Shown one piece after another: positions 17,008-26,611 of a stretch of 64,000 nt of DNA. Under the pieces are notes generated by a model. It was not told where the DNA came from. It saw only the letters and a list, made by a program, of their open reading frames with translations, and searched no databases. Within the stretch, counting starts at the first letter, position 1. Each line of letters opens with the position of its first letter. The position numbers were made by a program, and so were the translations under genes. The stretch is from Candidatus Nomurabacteria bacterium RIFCSPHIGHO2_01_FULL_41_71 (GTDB lineage: Bacteria > Patescibacteriota > Minisyncoccia > Phycocordibacterales > UBA9973): positions 4,033 to 68,032 of the forward strand of contig MFTQ01000021.1 of assembly GCA_001785355.1 (NCBI GenBank), in the 5' to 3' direction.

Positions 17008-17265
17008 ATGGATCCGGAATCCAAAAAGCTCTTGGAAGAGAATTTGAGGCTTTCGCAAGAGAATAATGTTATTTTGCTTAAGCTCAAGCGCTCGATGCAG
17101 GTAAGGCGTTTTGTGAGTATAATTTATTGGACACTCATTGTAGGCTCGGCAGTGGGGGCTTATTATTTCATCCAGCCCTACATAGATCAGATGGTAAACA
17201 TTTATGGCGGGGCCAAAGATGACCTCGAAAATTTCAACCAGCTTTTTCAGAATTTGAAAAATTAA
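17008..17265 (+). CDS. Small hypothetical protein with one TM segment
   Basis: ORF only. Confidence 0.3.
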   Translation: MDPESKKLLEENLRLSQENNVILLKLKRSMQVRRFVSIIYWTLIVGSAVGAYYFIQPYIDQMVNIYGGAKDDLENFNQLFQNLKN

Positions 17266-17279
17266 TAAGATAAAAGATT

Positions 17280-17355
17280 GCCTGGGTAGCTCAGTCAGTA
17301 GAGCATTCCCCTGAAGAGGGAAGGGTCGGCAGTGCGATCCTGCCCCCAGGCACCA
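17280..17355 (+). tRNA. tRNA-Phe (anticodon GAA), CCA encoded
   Basis: Acceptor GCCTGGG/CCCAGGC, anticodon stem TTCCC/GGGAA with loop CTGAAGA. Confidence 0.85.
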
Positions 17356-17364
17356 AATTTTAGT

Positions 17365-17865
17365 TTAAATAGACTTTACTCGGATGACATTTTTCTTGTC
17401 TTTGTCCACTTTCTGGAGCTTGATGGTAAGGAGTCCGTGTCTCTCCACCGCTTCTACTTCTTCAGGCTCTATTTCTTGAGGAAGAACGATGGTACGGGAA
17501 AATTTGCCCCAGTAAAGCTCTCTGACGAAATAATTATCTTCATCGACATTGCGATTTTCTCCACGCTTGCCCTGAATGGTAACCATGTCTCTCGCTATGG
17601 TAAGCTCTAGATCTTCCGGTTTTACTCCGGCCACCATGGCTTGGATTACGATATCGGATGCTGTCTGATATACATCTATAGTGAGTTCTGCTTCATCATT
17701 CTCTTCTTCAATCCAGTTGCCACCCCCTTGCCCGTTTTTCTTTTCCAGCTTGGTTACGTGCTTACTGGGAGAAACTTCTTCCGGCCCTTCTTCCAAGCGC
17801 ATTGTTCCGGTTAATTTTTCAAAAAAAGTTCTTTTTCTATTTTCTTTTTCCATAATTTTTTTCAA
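17365..17865 (-). CDS. Hsp20/alpha-crystallin small heat-shock protein
   Basis: ACD core ...GLLTIKLQK, AxxxNGVL-like region. Confidence 0.8.
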   Translation of the reverse strand: MKKIMEKENRKRTFFEKLTGTMRLEEGPEEVSPSKHVTKLEKKNGQGGGNWIEEENDEAELTIDVYQTASDIVIQAMVAGVKPEDLELTIARDMVTIQGKRGENRNVDEDNYFVRELYWGKFSRTIVLPQEIEPEEVEAVERHGLLTIKLQKVDKDKKNVIRVKSI

Positions 17866-18569
17866 TTATTATTAAGATCCATTCTTCTCAATTTCTCAAA
17901 AAGGAGGAATATAATTATAGCGCCTACCCACAAGAAGGAAAACACTTTCAAAAAATCCGCTCCTCCATTCTTCATTATAAAAAAATTAAAGGCGCTATGC
18001 AAGCCGATGGCAAGGATAATTCCAACTATAGTGTATAAAAATTTTCTGCGTCCGTCCATAAAGAAAGAAAGCCCCATACTCACGCCGATTACTCCGCTTG
18101 AGACGGTATGTAGCAAAGTAGATCCCAGGAAGCGCAAGTGCCCGGTAAGGAGCCCTACCGCTGTCTGACCCAGAGAGATTGGTTTTATCAGGAAAAGGGT
18201 GTTTTCCAGCGCGGCAAATCCTAAAGCCACGGTTATGAGATATATAGGCCAGTCTGTGGGTTCATCGGCCTGGCTGGTATTTGAAACGATGAAAAGAACC
18301 ATTAAGAATTTTATCAATTCCTCTACGCCGGCCCAGGCCACAAGTTCCCAACCATGAGGCAGGGAAAATCCTTGAACAACTTTCTGGACCGGCAGAACCA
18401 GCAAGACACTTGCCATACCCAGAAAGAAAACCATTGCGAGCAATCCTTTAGGCTCTGGATTTTTTCTGTCTTCCCGAAGCCAAAACCACAGCCACAGTAG
18501 GGAAGGGATAATACCAATCAAGAATGCGATTCCTATAATTTTTGGATTACCGATGTTTAGCATGGCCAT
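17862..18569 (-). CDS. PrsW-family intramembrane protease-like membrane protein
   Basis: GVEELIKF and FAALENTLF motifs typical of PrsW. Start moved to MAMLNIG (upstream ORF part overlaps valS). Confidence 0.5.
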   Translation of the reverse strand: MAMLNIGNPKIIGIAFLIGIIPSLLWLWFWLREDRKNPEPKGLLAMVFFLGMASVLLVLPVQKVVQGFSLPHGWELVAWAGVEELIKFLMVLFIVSNTSQADEPTDWPIYLITVALGFAALENTLFLIKPISLGQTAVGLLTGHLRFLGSTLLHTVSSGVIGVSMGLSFFMDGRRKFLYTIVGIILAIGLHSAFNFFIMKNGGADFLKVFSFLWVGAIIIFLLFEKLRRMDLNNN

Positions 18570-20707
18570 TTTTCCGCTATTAATAAATTTTTTTGGTCGG
18601 GCCTGTCTATCCCCGCCTGTCCGGCAGGCGGGGATGAGGCAGACATCATTGACCAAATTTCTTCGGTGACAAAAGGCGTAAAGGGATGGAGTATTTTCAG
18701 GCAATCTTGCCAGATGGGTAAAAGCGATTTTTTCATATCATCGTCTTTTTTGCTTTGCTCGATTATTTCATCCGCAAATTTGTGCCAGATGTAATGATAA
18801 ATTTTTTCGCTTGCCAGATAAAAACGATAATTTTCCATATCGGCGGTTATGTCTTTTTTGATATTTTCAAATTCTTCTATGACATTCTTTTTTGTTTCTG
18901 ATTCCCCACTTTTTTGATTCTCCAGCACGAACCGGGTAATGTTCCAGATTTTATTGGCGAAGTTTTTATATCCGCGGATTTTATCTTCCGATAGGGCGAG
19001 GGAAGTGCCCGGGGTATTGCCGACTATCATGGCTATGCGAAAAGCATCGGTTCCGTATTTTTCCGTGAGTGTCATCGGATCGATAACATTTCCTTTGCTT
19101 TTTGACATCTTTTGAGCTTTTGGGTCGAGTACCATTCCATGCAGATAAACTATATTGAAAGGAACTTTCCCAGTCATATAAAGCCCGAGCATTATCATTC
19201 TGGATACCCAGAAAAATATAATGTCCCCTCCGGTTTCCATTATACTGGTGGGATAAAATGCGGCGTAATCTTTTTGGTCCGGGTAGCCTAGCGATAAATA
19301 CGGCCACTGGCCGGAAGAAAACCAAGTATCGAAGGTATCCTTGTCTTTGAGAACTTTACCCCCGCATTTGTCGCAGGCGGATATTGTGTCTTCCAGGTCC
19401 GCCATTCCGTGCCCGCAGGCTTGACATATCTTGGCCGGTATCGGTATGCCCCAGACTATCTGTCTTGAAATATTCCAGTCAATAATTTTTTCGAGCCAGT
19501 GAATCGAGATTTTCTGATAATGATCCGGAATGTATTTTATTTTTCCGTCTTTTATATTTTCAAGCGCTTTTTTAGCCAGCGGCTTCATTTTTATAAACCA
19601 TTGACTTTTAATTTGCGGTTCGATAAGGGTTCCGCATTTATAGCAGGTTCGGACGATATGTTTGTAATTTTCGTCGATTTTTTCCACCAAACCTTTGCTT
19701 TTTAATTTTTCAATTATGAGAGGCCTGGCTTTATTTATATGTGTGCCGGCGAATTCTCCCGCGATTGGCAGTAATTTCCCGGTTTCATCAATGATCTGCT
19801 CCTTGTCCAGTCCGTGCCTGTCCGCAATCTCAAAATCAGCCGTATCGTGCCAAGGGGTGATAGTCATGACACCAGTGCCAAATTCCATATCGATCGCCTC
19901 GTCTTTTACTATAGTAGCGGTGATGGGGCCGTTAATCCACTCAAGTTTTATCTTTTGTCCGTTTTTATAATCAGCGTATCTTTTATCATCCGGATGCATA
20001 ACCACGTATTTGTCTCCGAATTTCGTCTCCGGTCTGGCTGTGCCGATGACGAATGGCCCGTATTTTAGATAGTAAAAGCTGTCCGTCCTTTCTTCGTCTT
20101 TTATTTCCAAATCAGAAAAGGATATCCGATGTTTCGGGCACCAGCTTACTATCTTCTCTCCGCGATAGGCCATTCCATCGTCGTATAGTTTTTTAAAACT
20201 TTGGCGAACTTTTTCCACTATATCTTTATCTAAAGTGAATTTTTCGCGAGACCAGTCGCAAGAAGCGCCCATTTTTTTGATTTGATTTTTTATGTTGGAT
20301 GAATTGTCGAGAGTAAAATCTAGGATTTCTTTATACAAATTATCTGGGTTCATGTCGAATCTGCTCCGGCCTTCTTTTTCCAATTTTTTTTCGTAAACAA
20401 CTTGTGTTTCAAAACCGGCATGGTCAAGTCCGGGTAGCCAAAGAGTCTTGAATCCTCTCATTCGCTTGTAGCGTATCATTACGTCTTCAATGGTCATTAC
20501 CAGGCCGTGGCCGGCATGCAGAGATCCGTTGGCGTTGACCGGAGGCATGATGATGGAAAATGATTTTCCAAAGTTTAGGTTCGTATCCGGCGAGTGTGTC
20601 CAAGGCGCGCCGGTTTCGGGCTGAAAAAATCCGCTTTCTTCCCAGAGTTTGTAGATGCGCCCTTCTGTTTTTTTAGGGTCGTAGGGCTTGAGTAGCTTTG
20701 GGTCCAT
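18557..20707 (-). CDS. valS: Valyl-tRNA synthetase (short form without C-terminal coiled-coil)
   Basis: HAGH-type HIGH region (SLHAGHGL), KMSKSKGN, ValRS editing/CP1 region. Confidence 0.9.
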   Translation of the reverse strand: MDPKLLKPYDPKKTEGRIYKLWEESGFFQPETGAPWTHSPDTNLNFGKSFSIIMPPVNANGSLHAGHGLVMTIEDVMIRYKRMRGFKTLWLPGLDHAGFETQVVYEKKLEKEGRSRFDMNPDNLYKEILDFTLDNSSNIKNQIKKMGASCDWSREKFTLDKDIVEKVRQSFKKLYDDGMAYRGEKIVSWCPKHRISFSDLEIKDEERTDSFYYLKYGPFVIGTARPETKFGDKYVVMHPDDKRYADYKNGQKIKLEWINGPITATIVKDEAIDMEFGTGVMTITPWHDTADFEIADRHGLDKEQIIDETGKLLPIAGEFAGTHINKARPLIIEKLKSKGLVEKIDENYKHIVRTCYKCGTLIEPQIKSQWFIKMKPLAKKALENIKDGKIKYIPDHYQKISIHWLEKIIDWNISRQIVWGIPIPAKICQACGHGMADLEDTISACDKCGGKVLKDKDTFDTWFSSGQWPYLSLGYPDQKDYAAFYPTSIMETGGDIIFFWVSRMIMLGLYMTGKVPFNIVYLHGMVLDPKAQKMSKSKGNVIDPMTLTEKYGTDAFRIAMIVGNTPGTSLALSEDKIRGYKNFANKIWNITRFVLENQKSGESETKKNVIEEFENIKKDITADMENYRFYLASEKIYHYIWHKFADEIIEQSKKDDDMKKSLLPIWQDCLKILHPFTPFVTEEIWSMMSASSPPAGQAGIDRPDQKNLLIAEKWPC
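18609..18635. repeat. GC-rich palindrome atccccgcctg-tccgg-caggcggggat inside the valS 3' end, overlapping the prsW-like start
   Basis: 11-bp perfect arms; encodes SSPPAGQAGIDRP tail of ValRS. Confidence 0.8.
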
Positions 20708-20724
20708 GTTCGAATAATATCATA

Positions 20725-21786
20725 TTAAAGCTTTAAATTGCCAGTTGCCTTGATACTGCTTAAGTTCGGCGTTTTCTTTTTATTTTTTATGTAATTTAAA
20801 TATCCCGCGATGCCGATCATGATGGAATTATCTCCCGATAGTCCCTTTGGTGGAAAAAATAATTTTACTTTGTTTTTTGTTATTTTTTTTATTTCCCTCT
20901 GCAGGTGCGCGTTCCCGGCCACTCCGCCGGCGACGATAAGAGTTTTAATTTTGTATTTTTCCATAGCCTTTCCGGTTTTATAAACCAGGCATTCTACAGC
21001 GGCGTTTTCGAATTCGAGCGCTATTTGCGCTTTTGTTTTTTCATCCAGTTTTCCTATTTTTTTTATTAAATAAAAAACAGCCGTTTTTAATCCTGCGAAA
21101 GAAAAATTAAAATTAGGAGATTTCAACATTGGTCTCGGCAGTTTAATTTTTAATTCGTAATTTTTAATTCGTAATTTTTCGGCTAAGGCCGAAATATGGG
21201 GTCCGCCGGGGTAGGGGAGTTCGAGCATCCGGGCGACTTTGTCAAAGGCTTCACCGACCGCGTCGTCCAAAGTTTCGCCGATGATTTTATAATTCATCCA
21301 CTTTTTTATCAAAACCAGTTGCGTGTGTCCGCCGGATACAAGCAGTGAAAGTATTGGGAATTTTATATCAGGAATTTTGAATTTTCCTTTGCTTTTCCCG
21401 AATATGGACAGCACATGTCCCTCCATATGATTCACGGGAATAACCGGCACACCCCATTTTTTGGCCAATTTTTTCGCGAACAAAATCCCCTCCCAAAGGC
21501 ACATCTCCAGACCTGGGCCATAAGTGACGGCGATGAGGTTCACAGGCTTATGTTTTTTGCTTAGCTTGGTCTCTTTTAAACTTTTTTCGAGTAGTATCGG
21601 CAGATTTTTTATGTGCTCCCGCTTGGCAAGCGCCGGATACACTCCGCCGTAGGGTATATGGGTTTTTATCTGTGAATTTGAACAGTTTGCCAGTATTTTG
21701 AACTCGGCATTTTTTATTCCTCCTGTCGCCTCTATTATACTAATACAAGTGTCGTCGCAAGAAGTTTCAATCGAAAGGATTTTCAT
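20725..21786 (-). CDS. tsaD: tRNA N6-adenosine threonylcarbamoyltransferase TsaD
   Basis: Kae1/TsaD family: SIETSCDDT, VNHMEGH metal motif. Confidence 0.9.
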   Translation of the reverse strand: MKILSIETSCDDTCISIIEATGGIKNAEFKILANCSNSQIKTHIPYGGVYPALAKREHIKNLPILLEKSLKETKLSKKHKPVNLIAVTYGPGLEMCLWEGILFAKKLAKKWGVPVIPVNHMEGHVLSIFGKSKGKFKIPDIKFPILSLLVSGGHTQLVLIKKWMNYKIIGETLDDAVGEAFDKVARMLELPYPGGPHISALAEKLRIKNYELKIKLPRPMLKSPNFNFSFAGLKTAVFYLIKKIGKLDEKTKAQIALEFENAAVECLVYKTGKAMEKYKIKTLIVAGGVAGNAHLQREIKKITKNKVKLFFPPKGLSGDNSIMIGIAGYLNYIKNKKKTPNLSSIKATGNLKL

Positions 21787-21788
21787 TG

Positions 21789-21860
21789 TGCGCGGTGAGG
21801 GGATTGAACCCCCGGCCTACCCCACGTCAAGGGGTCGCTCTACCGCTGAGCTAACCGCGC
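21789..21860 (-). tRNA. tRNA-Val (anticodon GAC), no CCA encoded
   Basis: Minus-strand fold: acceptor GCGCGGT/ACCGCGC, anticodon stem ACCCC/GGGGT with loop TTGACGT, T-arm GGGGG-TTCAATC-CCCTC. Confidence 0.8.
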
Positions 21861-21869
21861 TTAGATCCT

Positions 21870-23090
21870 TTATATCATTTTTTCCTCTATTCTTTCAAGC
21901 GCGACGATGAAAGTGCTCATGCGGAAAGTCGTTTTCAATTCTTTTGACTTTTTCAATATTTTCTCCGAATTTTCTTCGAGCATCTTTTTCAATTTATCGA
22001 AAACTTCCTTTTCGCTCCAGTGCTCTTTTTTCAGATTCTGCTCCCATTCGAAATACGACACTATCACCCCGCCGGAGTTTACCAAAATATCCGGTACTAT
22101 CGGCACATCCCTTTTAAATAGAATTTCATCTGCTTCCGGAGTAGTGGGGCCGTTGGCAAGTTCCAGCACCACTTTGGCTTTTATTTTCTCCGCATTTGTT
22201 TCATTTATTTGGTTTTCCAAAGCCGCCGGAATGAGGAGATCACATTCGATTTCAAGTAGTTCCATATTTGAAATATTTTTTGCGCCGGAAAATCCGGATA
22301 GGGTTCCGGTCGATTTTTTGTGTTCCAGGAGTTTATCCATATCTAAACCCAGAGGATTGTAGACTCCGCCTTTCGAATCCGAAATGGCTACCACTTTATG
22401 TCCGGCTCGGCTAAAGACAACTCCGGCGAAAGATCCGGCGTTCCCAAATCCTTGTATGGCTACCGCGCATTTCTCCGGCAACCCTAATTCTTTCTTGAAT
22501 TTTTCAAACACGTAAAAAGCTCCTTGCGCCGTGGAAGTATTTCTTCCCTCCGAGCCTCCTTTGTCTATAGGCTTGCCGGTTATTACTGCCTTGGTTTTGT
22601 CTCCGGTGATTTTCTCAAATTCATCCGCTATCCAAGCCATGATCTCCGGAGTGGTGTTGACATCCGGGGCCGGCACGTCTTTGCGCGGACCCAGTACATC
22701 CGCCAATCTTCTCACCCATCCGCGAGAAAGCCTCTCCAGTTCTCCTTTCGAAAGATTTTTCGGATCGACTGTTACGCCTCCCTTGCCTCCGCCCATGGGA
22801 ATACCGGCGGCCGCGCATTTGAGAGTCATCCAGAAAGCAAGGGCCTTGATTTCATTTATGTCGGTGTCCGGATGATAGCGGATGCCTCCTTTATACGGAC
22901 CAAGCGTGTTATTGTATTCCACTCTGTATCCTTCGAAGATTTTTATAGAGCCATCGTCCATTTCAACCGGTATGGATATTCTGATATCTCTGTCTGGCAC
23001 CTTCATTCTAGAAATAAAAGCATGACCAAAATTACCGGCCCTAGCGGCTTGGTCGAGCTGACTCATGGCGTTGTCGAACGGATTTTTCAT
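21870..23090 (-). CDS. gdh: Glutamate (Glu/Leu/Phe/Val) dehydrogenase
   Basis: GGGKGG catalytic lysine region, NAD(P)-binding GFGNAGS. Confidence 0.9.
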   Translation of the reverse strand: MKNPFDNAMSQLDQAARAGNFGHAFISRMKVPDRDIRISIPVEMDDGSIKIFEGYRVEYNNTLGPYKGGIRYHPDTDINEIKALAFWMTLKCAAAGIPMGGGKGGVTVDPKNLSKGELERLSRGWVRRLADVLGPRKDVPAPDVNTTPEIMAWIADEFEKITGDKTKAVITGKPIDKGGSEGRNTSTAQGAFYVFEKFKKELGLPEKCAVAIQGFGNAGSFAGVVFSRAGHKVVAISDSKGGVYNPLGLDMDKLLEHKKSTGTLSGFSGAKNISNMELLEIECDLLIPAALENQINETNAEKIKAKVVLELANGPTTPEADEILFKRDVPIVPDILVNSGGVIVSYFEWEQNLKKEHWSEKEVFDKLKKMLEENSEKILKKSKELKTTFRMSTFIVALERIEEKMI

Positions 23091-23101
23091 AATAGCCGCA
23101 A

Positions 23102-23860
23102 TTATACCTCAAATTTCTCCAGCGTCTCAAGCTCTTCTTTTGAATTTGCTCCCAATCCTTCGCGCGGGTCTATATCAAAAGATTCTATTTTTTCTCCCTC
23201 CAAAATGGCTACCCTTATGAGATCCGTGAGATAGTATTCTTTCTGGGCATTGTCGGTTTTTAAATCTTTGATTTTTTTCCACAGCCACTTTGCTTCGAAG
23301 CACAAATATATGGGATTTACTTCGGTTATATTTTTTTCTTCTTCTTTCAGATCCTTCACCTGCACATCGCGCAATATTTCTCCATTTTTATCTCTGACAA
23401 TTCTGGAGAAGTTGTTGTAAAAGAACACTCGCCAGTCTTTGAAATCAGAGAGATAAATAGTAGCCATGGTTATTTTTGTTTTCGATGCCAAGTGTCTCCG
23501 GGCAAGATCCTTGATAGTTTTTTCGTTCACATAAGGATGATCGCTTGGGAGAATCAAAACATGCTCCGCTTTGTCTTGCATGAATTTTTGCGCGCTCATG
23601 ACCGCATGTCCGGTGCCTTCCTGTTTTTCTTGCACGACATAATCATATTTCTCTCCGAGCCTTTCCATGATTTTTTTCTTTTTGTGTCCGACTACGATTA
23701 TCGGCCTGTCGTCAACGCCGGATTTATGAATCGCTTCCAAGACATATCCGATCATGGGCTTGCCGCGGACCTGCGCCAGAGCCTTGGGAAGATCGCTTCT
23801 CATTCTTTTACCCAAACCGGCAGCCAGAACCAGAATTCTGATTTTTTCCTTGTTTATCAT
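23102..23860 (-). CDS. Sugar-phosphate nucleotidyltransferase (NTP_transferase fold)
   Basis: ILAAGLGKRMRSDLPKAL N-terminal signature. Start moved to MINKEK. Confidence 0.6.
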   Translation of the reverse strand: MINKEKIRILVLAAGLGKRMRSDLPKALAQVRGKPMIGYVLEAIHKSGVDDRPIIVVGHKKKKIMERLGEKYDYVVQEKQEGTGHAVMSAQKFMQDKAEHVLILPSDHPYVNEKTIKDLARRHLASKTKITMATIYLSDFKDWRVFFYNNFSRIVRDKNGEILRDVQVKDLKEEEKNITEVNPIYLCFEAKWLWKKIKDLKTDNAQKEYYLTDLIRVAILEGEKIESFDIDPREGLGANSKEELETLEKFEV

Positions 23861-23879
23861 TTTGTTATATAATACACAT

Positions 23880-24347
23880 ATGTCGAGAAAAGGAAAGGCA
23901 AAGAAAACAAAAAAAGTGGTCATGGTCAGCGGAGGTTTTGACCCAGTTCATATTGGTCATGTGCGATTATTTAAAGAGGCTAAAAAGTTGGGCGACGAAC
24001 TCGTGGTGGTCGTCAATAACGACAATTGGCTTAAGTTTAAAAAAGGATATACTTTTATGTCTGACGCGGACCGCAAAGAAATTATAGAATCATTTAGACC
24101 GGTTGATAAAGTTGTTTTGACTGTTCATAAACCGGATACAAATGACATAACAGTTTGCCGTGAGCTTGAATTAATCCGACCACATATCTTTGCCAATGGG
24201 GGAGACCGCAAAGAAAATGTCCCAGTTCCGGAATATGAAGTTTGCAAAAGGCTCGGCATACAAATGGTTTTTAATGTTGGTCACGGTGGCAAGGTGCGGT
24301 CTTCGTCTGAATTGGTGAAACAAGCTAAGAAGAGAAAAGTTAAGTGA
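23880..24347 (+). CDS. Cytidylyl/adenylyltransferase-like small nucleotidyltransferase (HIGH family)
   Basis: VMVSGGFDPVHIGHVRLF signature. Start moved to MSRKG; divergent from the previous gene with a 19-bp gap. Confidence 0.6.
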   Translation: MSRKGKAKKTKKVVMVSGGFDPVHIGHVRLFKEAKKLGDELVVVVNNDNWLKFKKGYTFMSDADRKEIIESFRPVDKVVLTVHKPDTNDITVCRELELIRPHIFANGGDRKENVPVPEYEVCKRLGIQMVFNVGHGGKVRSSSELVKQAKKRKVK

Positions 24348-24359
24348 TATAATAGAAAT

Positions 24360-25127
24360 ATGAAATCATTAAATCAGATGACTAAAGAAGATTTGAAAGA
24401 AATTAAAATGATTGTTTTTGATGTTGATGGTGTAATCGTTCCCAGAGGAACAAAAATAAAACAGGTAGGCAATACTACAACCCTACAAACAAAAATAATC
24501 GCACCGAAACAAATAGAACAAATAAAAGAATTATACAGAAAAGGATTTTTGATAAATATTAGTTCCGGTAGAGGACTTTATATGTTGCAAGAAATGTTTA
24601 GAGAAATTTTACCTTTTGTTAGTTTAACTTATGAATGTGGTAGTGCGACATGGTATAAAGGAAAAATCCACCAGCACATTAATAGTTTTGAACGTTTACA
24701 AGATGTATTTTTTAAATTGAAACGAATAGCTTTTAAGAATAAGAATGTTAGAGGCTTTGAACCGAAAGAGTTTATTATCACTGTTCATTGCAAAAAGAAA
24801 GATCAAAAGATTGAAGAAACAGTACAGAAAGAGCGTGGTCTTTGTACTCATTGGAATGGTGAAGCCTATGATGTTTTGATTAAAAAAGATCAGACTAAAG
24901 CACTTGGTTTACAAAAAGTAATGAAGATTTTCAAATTAAAGAAGCAAAATGTTATGGCGATAGGGGATAATTATAACGACCATGAATTATTGCAAGCCAG
25001 TGGAACACCTATTTCAGCTGATAAAACTAAGATTCAAGGTAAATTTTATGTGTCACTTCAGGGTGAATTTCTTCCGGCTGATATGCTAATGCAGAAAATA
25101 TTATTATTAAAAGGAAATAAGGTATAA
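24360..25127 (+). CDS. HAD-superfamily hydrolase (sugar-phosphatase-like)
   Basis: IVFDVDGVI motif I and GDNYNDHELL motif IV. Confidence 0.5.
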   Translation: MKSLNQMTKEDLKEIKMIVFDVDGVIVPRGTKIKQVGNTTTLQTKIIAPKQIEQIKELYRKGFLINISSGRGLYMLQEMFREILPFVSLTYECGSATWYKGKIHQHINSFERLQDVFFKLKRIAFKNKNVRGFEPKEFIITVHCKKKDQKIEETVQKERGLCTHWNGEAYDVLIKKDQTKALGLQKVMKIFKLKKQNVMAIGDNYNDHELLQASGTPISADKTKIQGKFYVSLQGEFLPADMLMQKILLLKGNKV

Positions 25128-25136
25128 TTAAATCGT

Positions 25137-25487
25137 ATGAAAGAATTCAAGCCTTTTACAATTGAACGTCCGTGGGGCACTTTCAGACAGCTGACCCACA
25201 ATAGTCTTTCGACTGTAAAACTTCACAGAATTAAACCGGGAGAAAAAACCAGCTGGCAGAGCCACACTAGGCGCTCGGAATTTTGGCATATTGTGGAAGG
25301 TAGCGGTATAATACGCGTAGAAGACAAGGAATACAATGTTGTTTCCGGTGACGAATATGATGCTCCGGTTGGCGCCAAGCATCGTTGGATTGCCGGAGAG
25401 TCTGGTTTGGTATTGATTGAAATAGCTATCGGAGACTTTGACGAAGAAGATATAACTCGTTATGAAGATAAATATGGCCGCGCTTAA
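25137..25487 (+). CDS. Cupin-domain protein (mannose-6-phosphate isomerase type II C-terminal-like)
   Basis: Cupin motifs G(X)5HxH-like: SWQSHTRRSEFWHIVEG...GAKHRW. Confidence 0.5.
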   Translation: MKEFKPFTIERPWGTFRQLTHNSLSTVKLHRIKPGEKTSWQSHTRRSEFWHIVEGSGIIRVEDKEYNVVSGDEYDAPVGAKHRWIAGESGLVLIEIAIGDFDEEDITRYEDKYGRA

Positions 25488-26610
25488 AAAAATAAAAGAA
25501 AAAATTAAAAAGAAGACAAAAAGCGCCTCTCTAAAAAAGAAGCCTGTCAAAAAGCAGGTACGCAGGAAAAGCGCAGACAGAAAAAGCAAATTAAAACTTA
25601 GCAGATCTCCGGGTAATCCCATTATTGAACCGGGAGCAAATTCTTGGGAATCCAAAGCCGCTTTCAATCCTACCGCTCTCTATCACGATGGCAAAGTGCA
25701 TGTCATTTACCGAGCCATCGGGGAGGGTGATGTCTCCGTACTTGGCTATGCTTCAAGCGAAGACGGAATAAATTTTACTTTGCGGTCGCCAGAGCCTGTT
25801 TTTACGCATGGCGGGCGCATTCCGACTTACGCGAATTTTAACAAGTTTTCCGTTCCGCGCATTGACTATATTTCCGGCGGGGGTTGGGGTGGCGGATGCG
25901 AAGATCCCAGGCTTACCAAGCTCGGAGATACCGCTTATATGATTTATACCGCTTTCGACGGCTGGGGATCCGTCAGACTTACCCTGACTTCCGTATCTCT
26001 GGATGACTTTGTTTCCGGGCGCTGGAATTGGCGGAGGCCAGTATTTATTTCTCCGCCCGGCGAAATTCATAAAAATTGGGTTATTTTCCCCGAAAAGATA
26101 AATGATAAATATGCCATTCTCCACAGCATTTCTCCAAAAATCATGGTGGATTATTTCAGATCTCTGGATGAGCTCGATGGCAAAAATTTTATTTACAGCG
26201 TTCATCAGGGCAGTCTCCTGTGGCAGGCGAGAGACAGGCTTGTGCGAGGCGTAGGACCCGCTCCGATAAAGACCAAGTTTGGCTGGCTAATTTTATATCA
26301 TAAAATGGAAAAGCACGATTCTCACAGATACAAGCTTTGGGCGATGATCTTGGACGCAAAAAATCCGGAGAAAATCTTGCATGTTTCCAAACACCCCATT
26401 CTTGAGCCGGATCTGTGGTATGAGAATGAGGGATATAAGGGTGGGGTGGTGTATTCTTGCGGAGCGGTGGTGAAAGATGGAAACTTGTTCGTGTATTATG
26501 GCGGAGCGGACAAAGTCTCTTGCGTGGCGCAGACCCGCTTGGATGAATTTTTAAAAGAACTTGTAAGTTCCGGGGTGCCGGCATTAAAAAATAAAAAAGT
26601 AAAAGTCTGA
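25462..26610 (+). CDS. GH130-family glycoside phosphorylase/hydrolase with lysine-rich N-terminal tail
   Basis: GCEDPRLT and YMIYTAFDG motifs typical of GH130 (beta-mannoside phosphorylases). Confidence 0.7.
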   Translation: MKINMAALKKIKEKIKKKTKSASLKKKPVKKQVRRKSADRKSKLKLSRSPGNPIIEPGANSWESKAAFNPTALYHDGKVHVIYRAIGEGDVSVLGYASSEDGINFTLRSPEPVFTHGGRIPTYANFNKFSVPRIDYISGGGWGGGCEDPRLTKLGDTAYMIYTAFDGWGSVRLTLTSVSLDDFVSGRWNWRRPVFISPPGEIHKNWVIFPEKINDKYAILHSISPKIMVDYFRSLDELDGKNFIYSVHQGSLLWQARDRLVRGVGPAPIKTKFGWLILYHKMEKHDSHRYKLWAMILDAKNPEKILHVSKHPILEPDLWYENEGYKGGVVYSCGAVVKDGNLFVYYGGADKVSCVAQTRLDEFLKELVSSGVPALKNKKVKV

Positions 26611-26611
26611 T

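Noticed and set aside
21907-23234. Long antisense ORFs (151 aa, 236 aa) inside gdh, and similar antisense ORFs inside valS, ftsZ, ftsA, murF and lysS
   Set aside because: They lie fully within well-supported conserved genes on the opposite strand and have low-complexity composition. Standard shadow ORFs.
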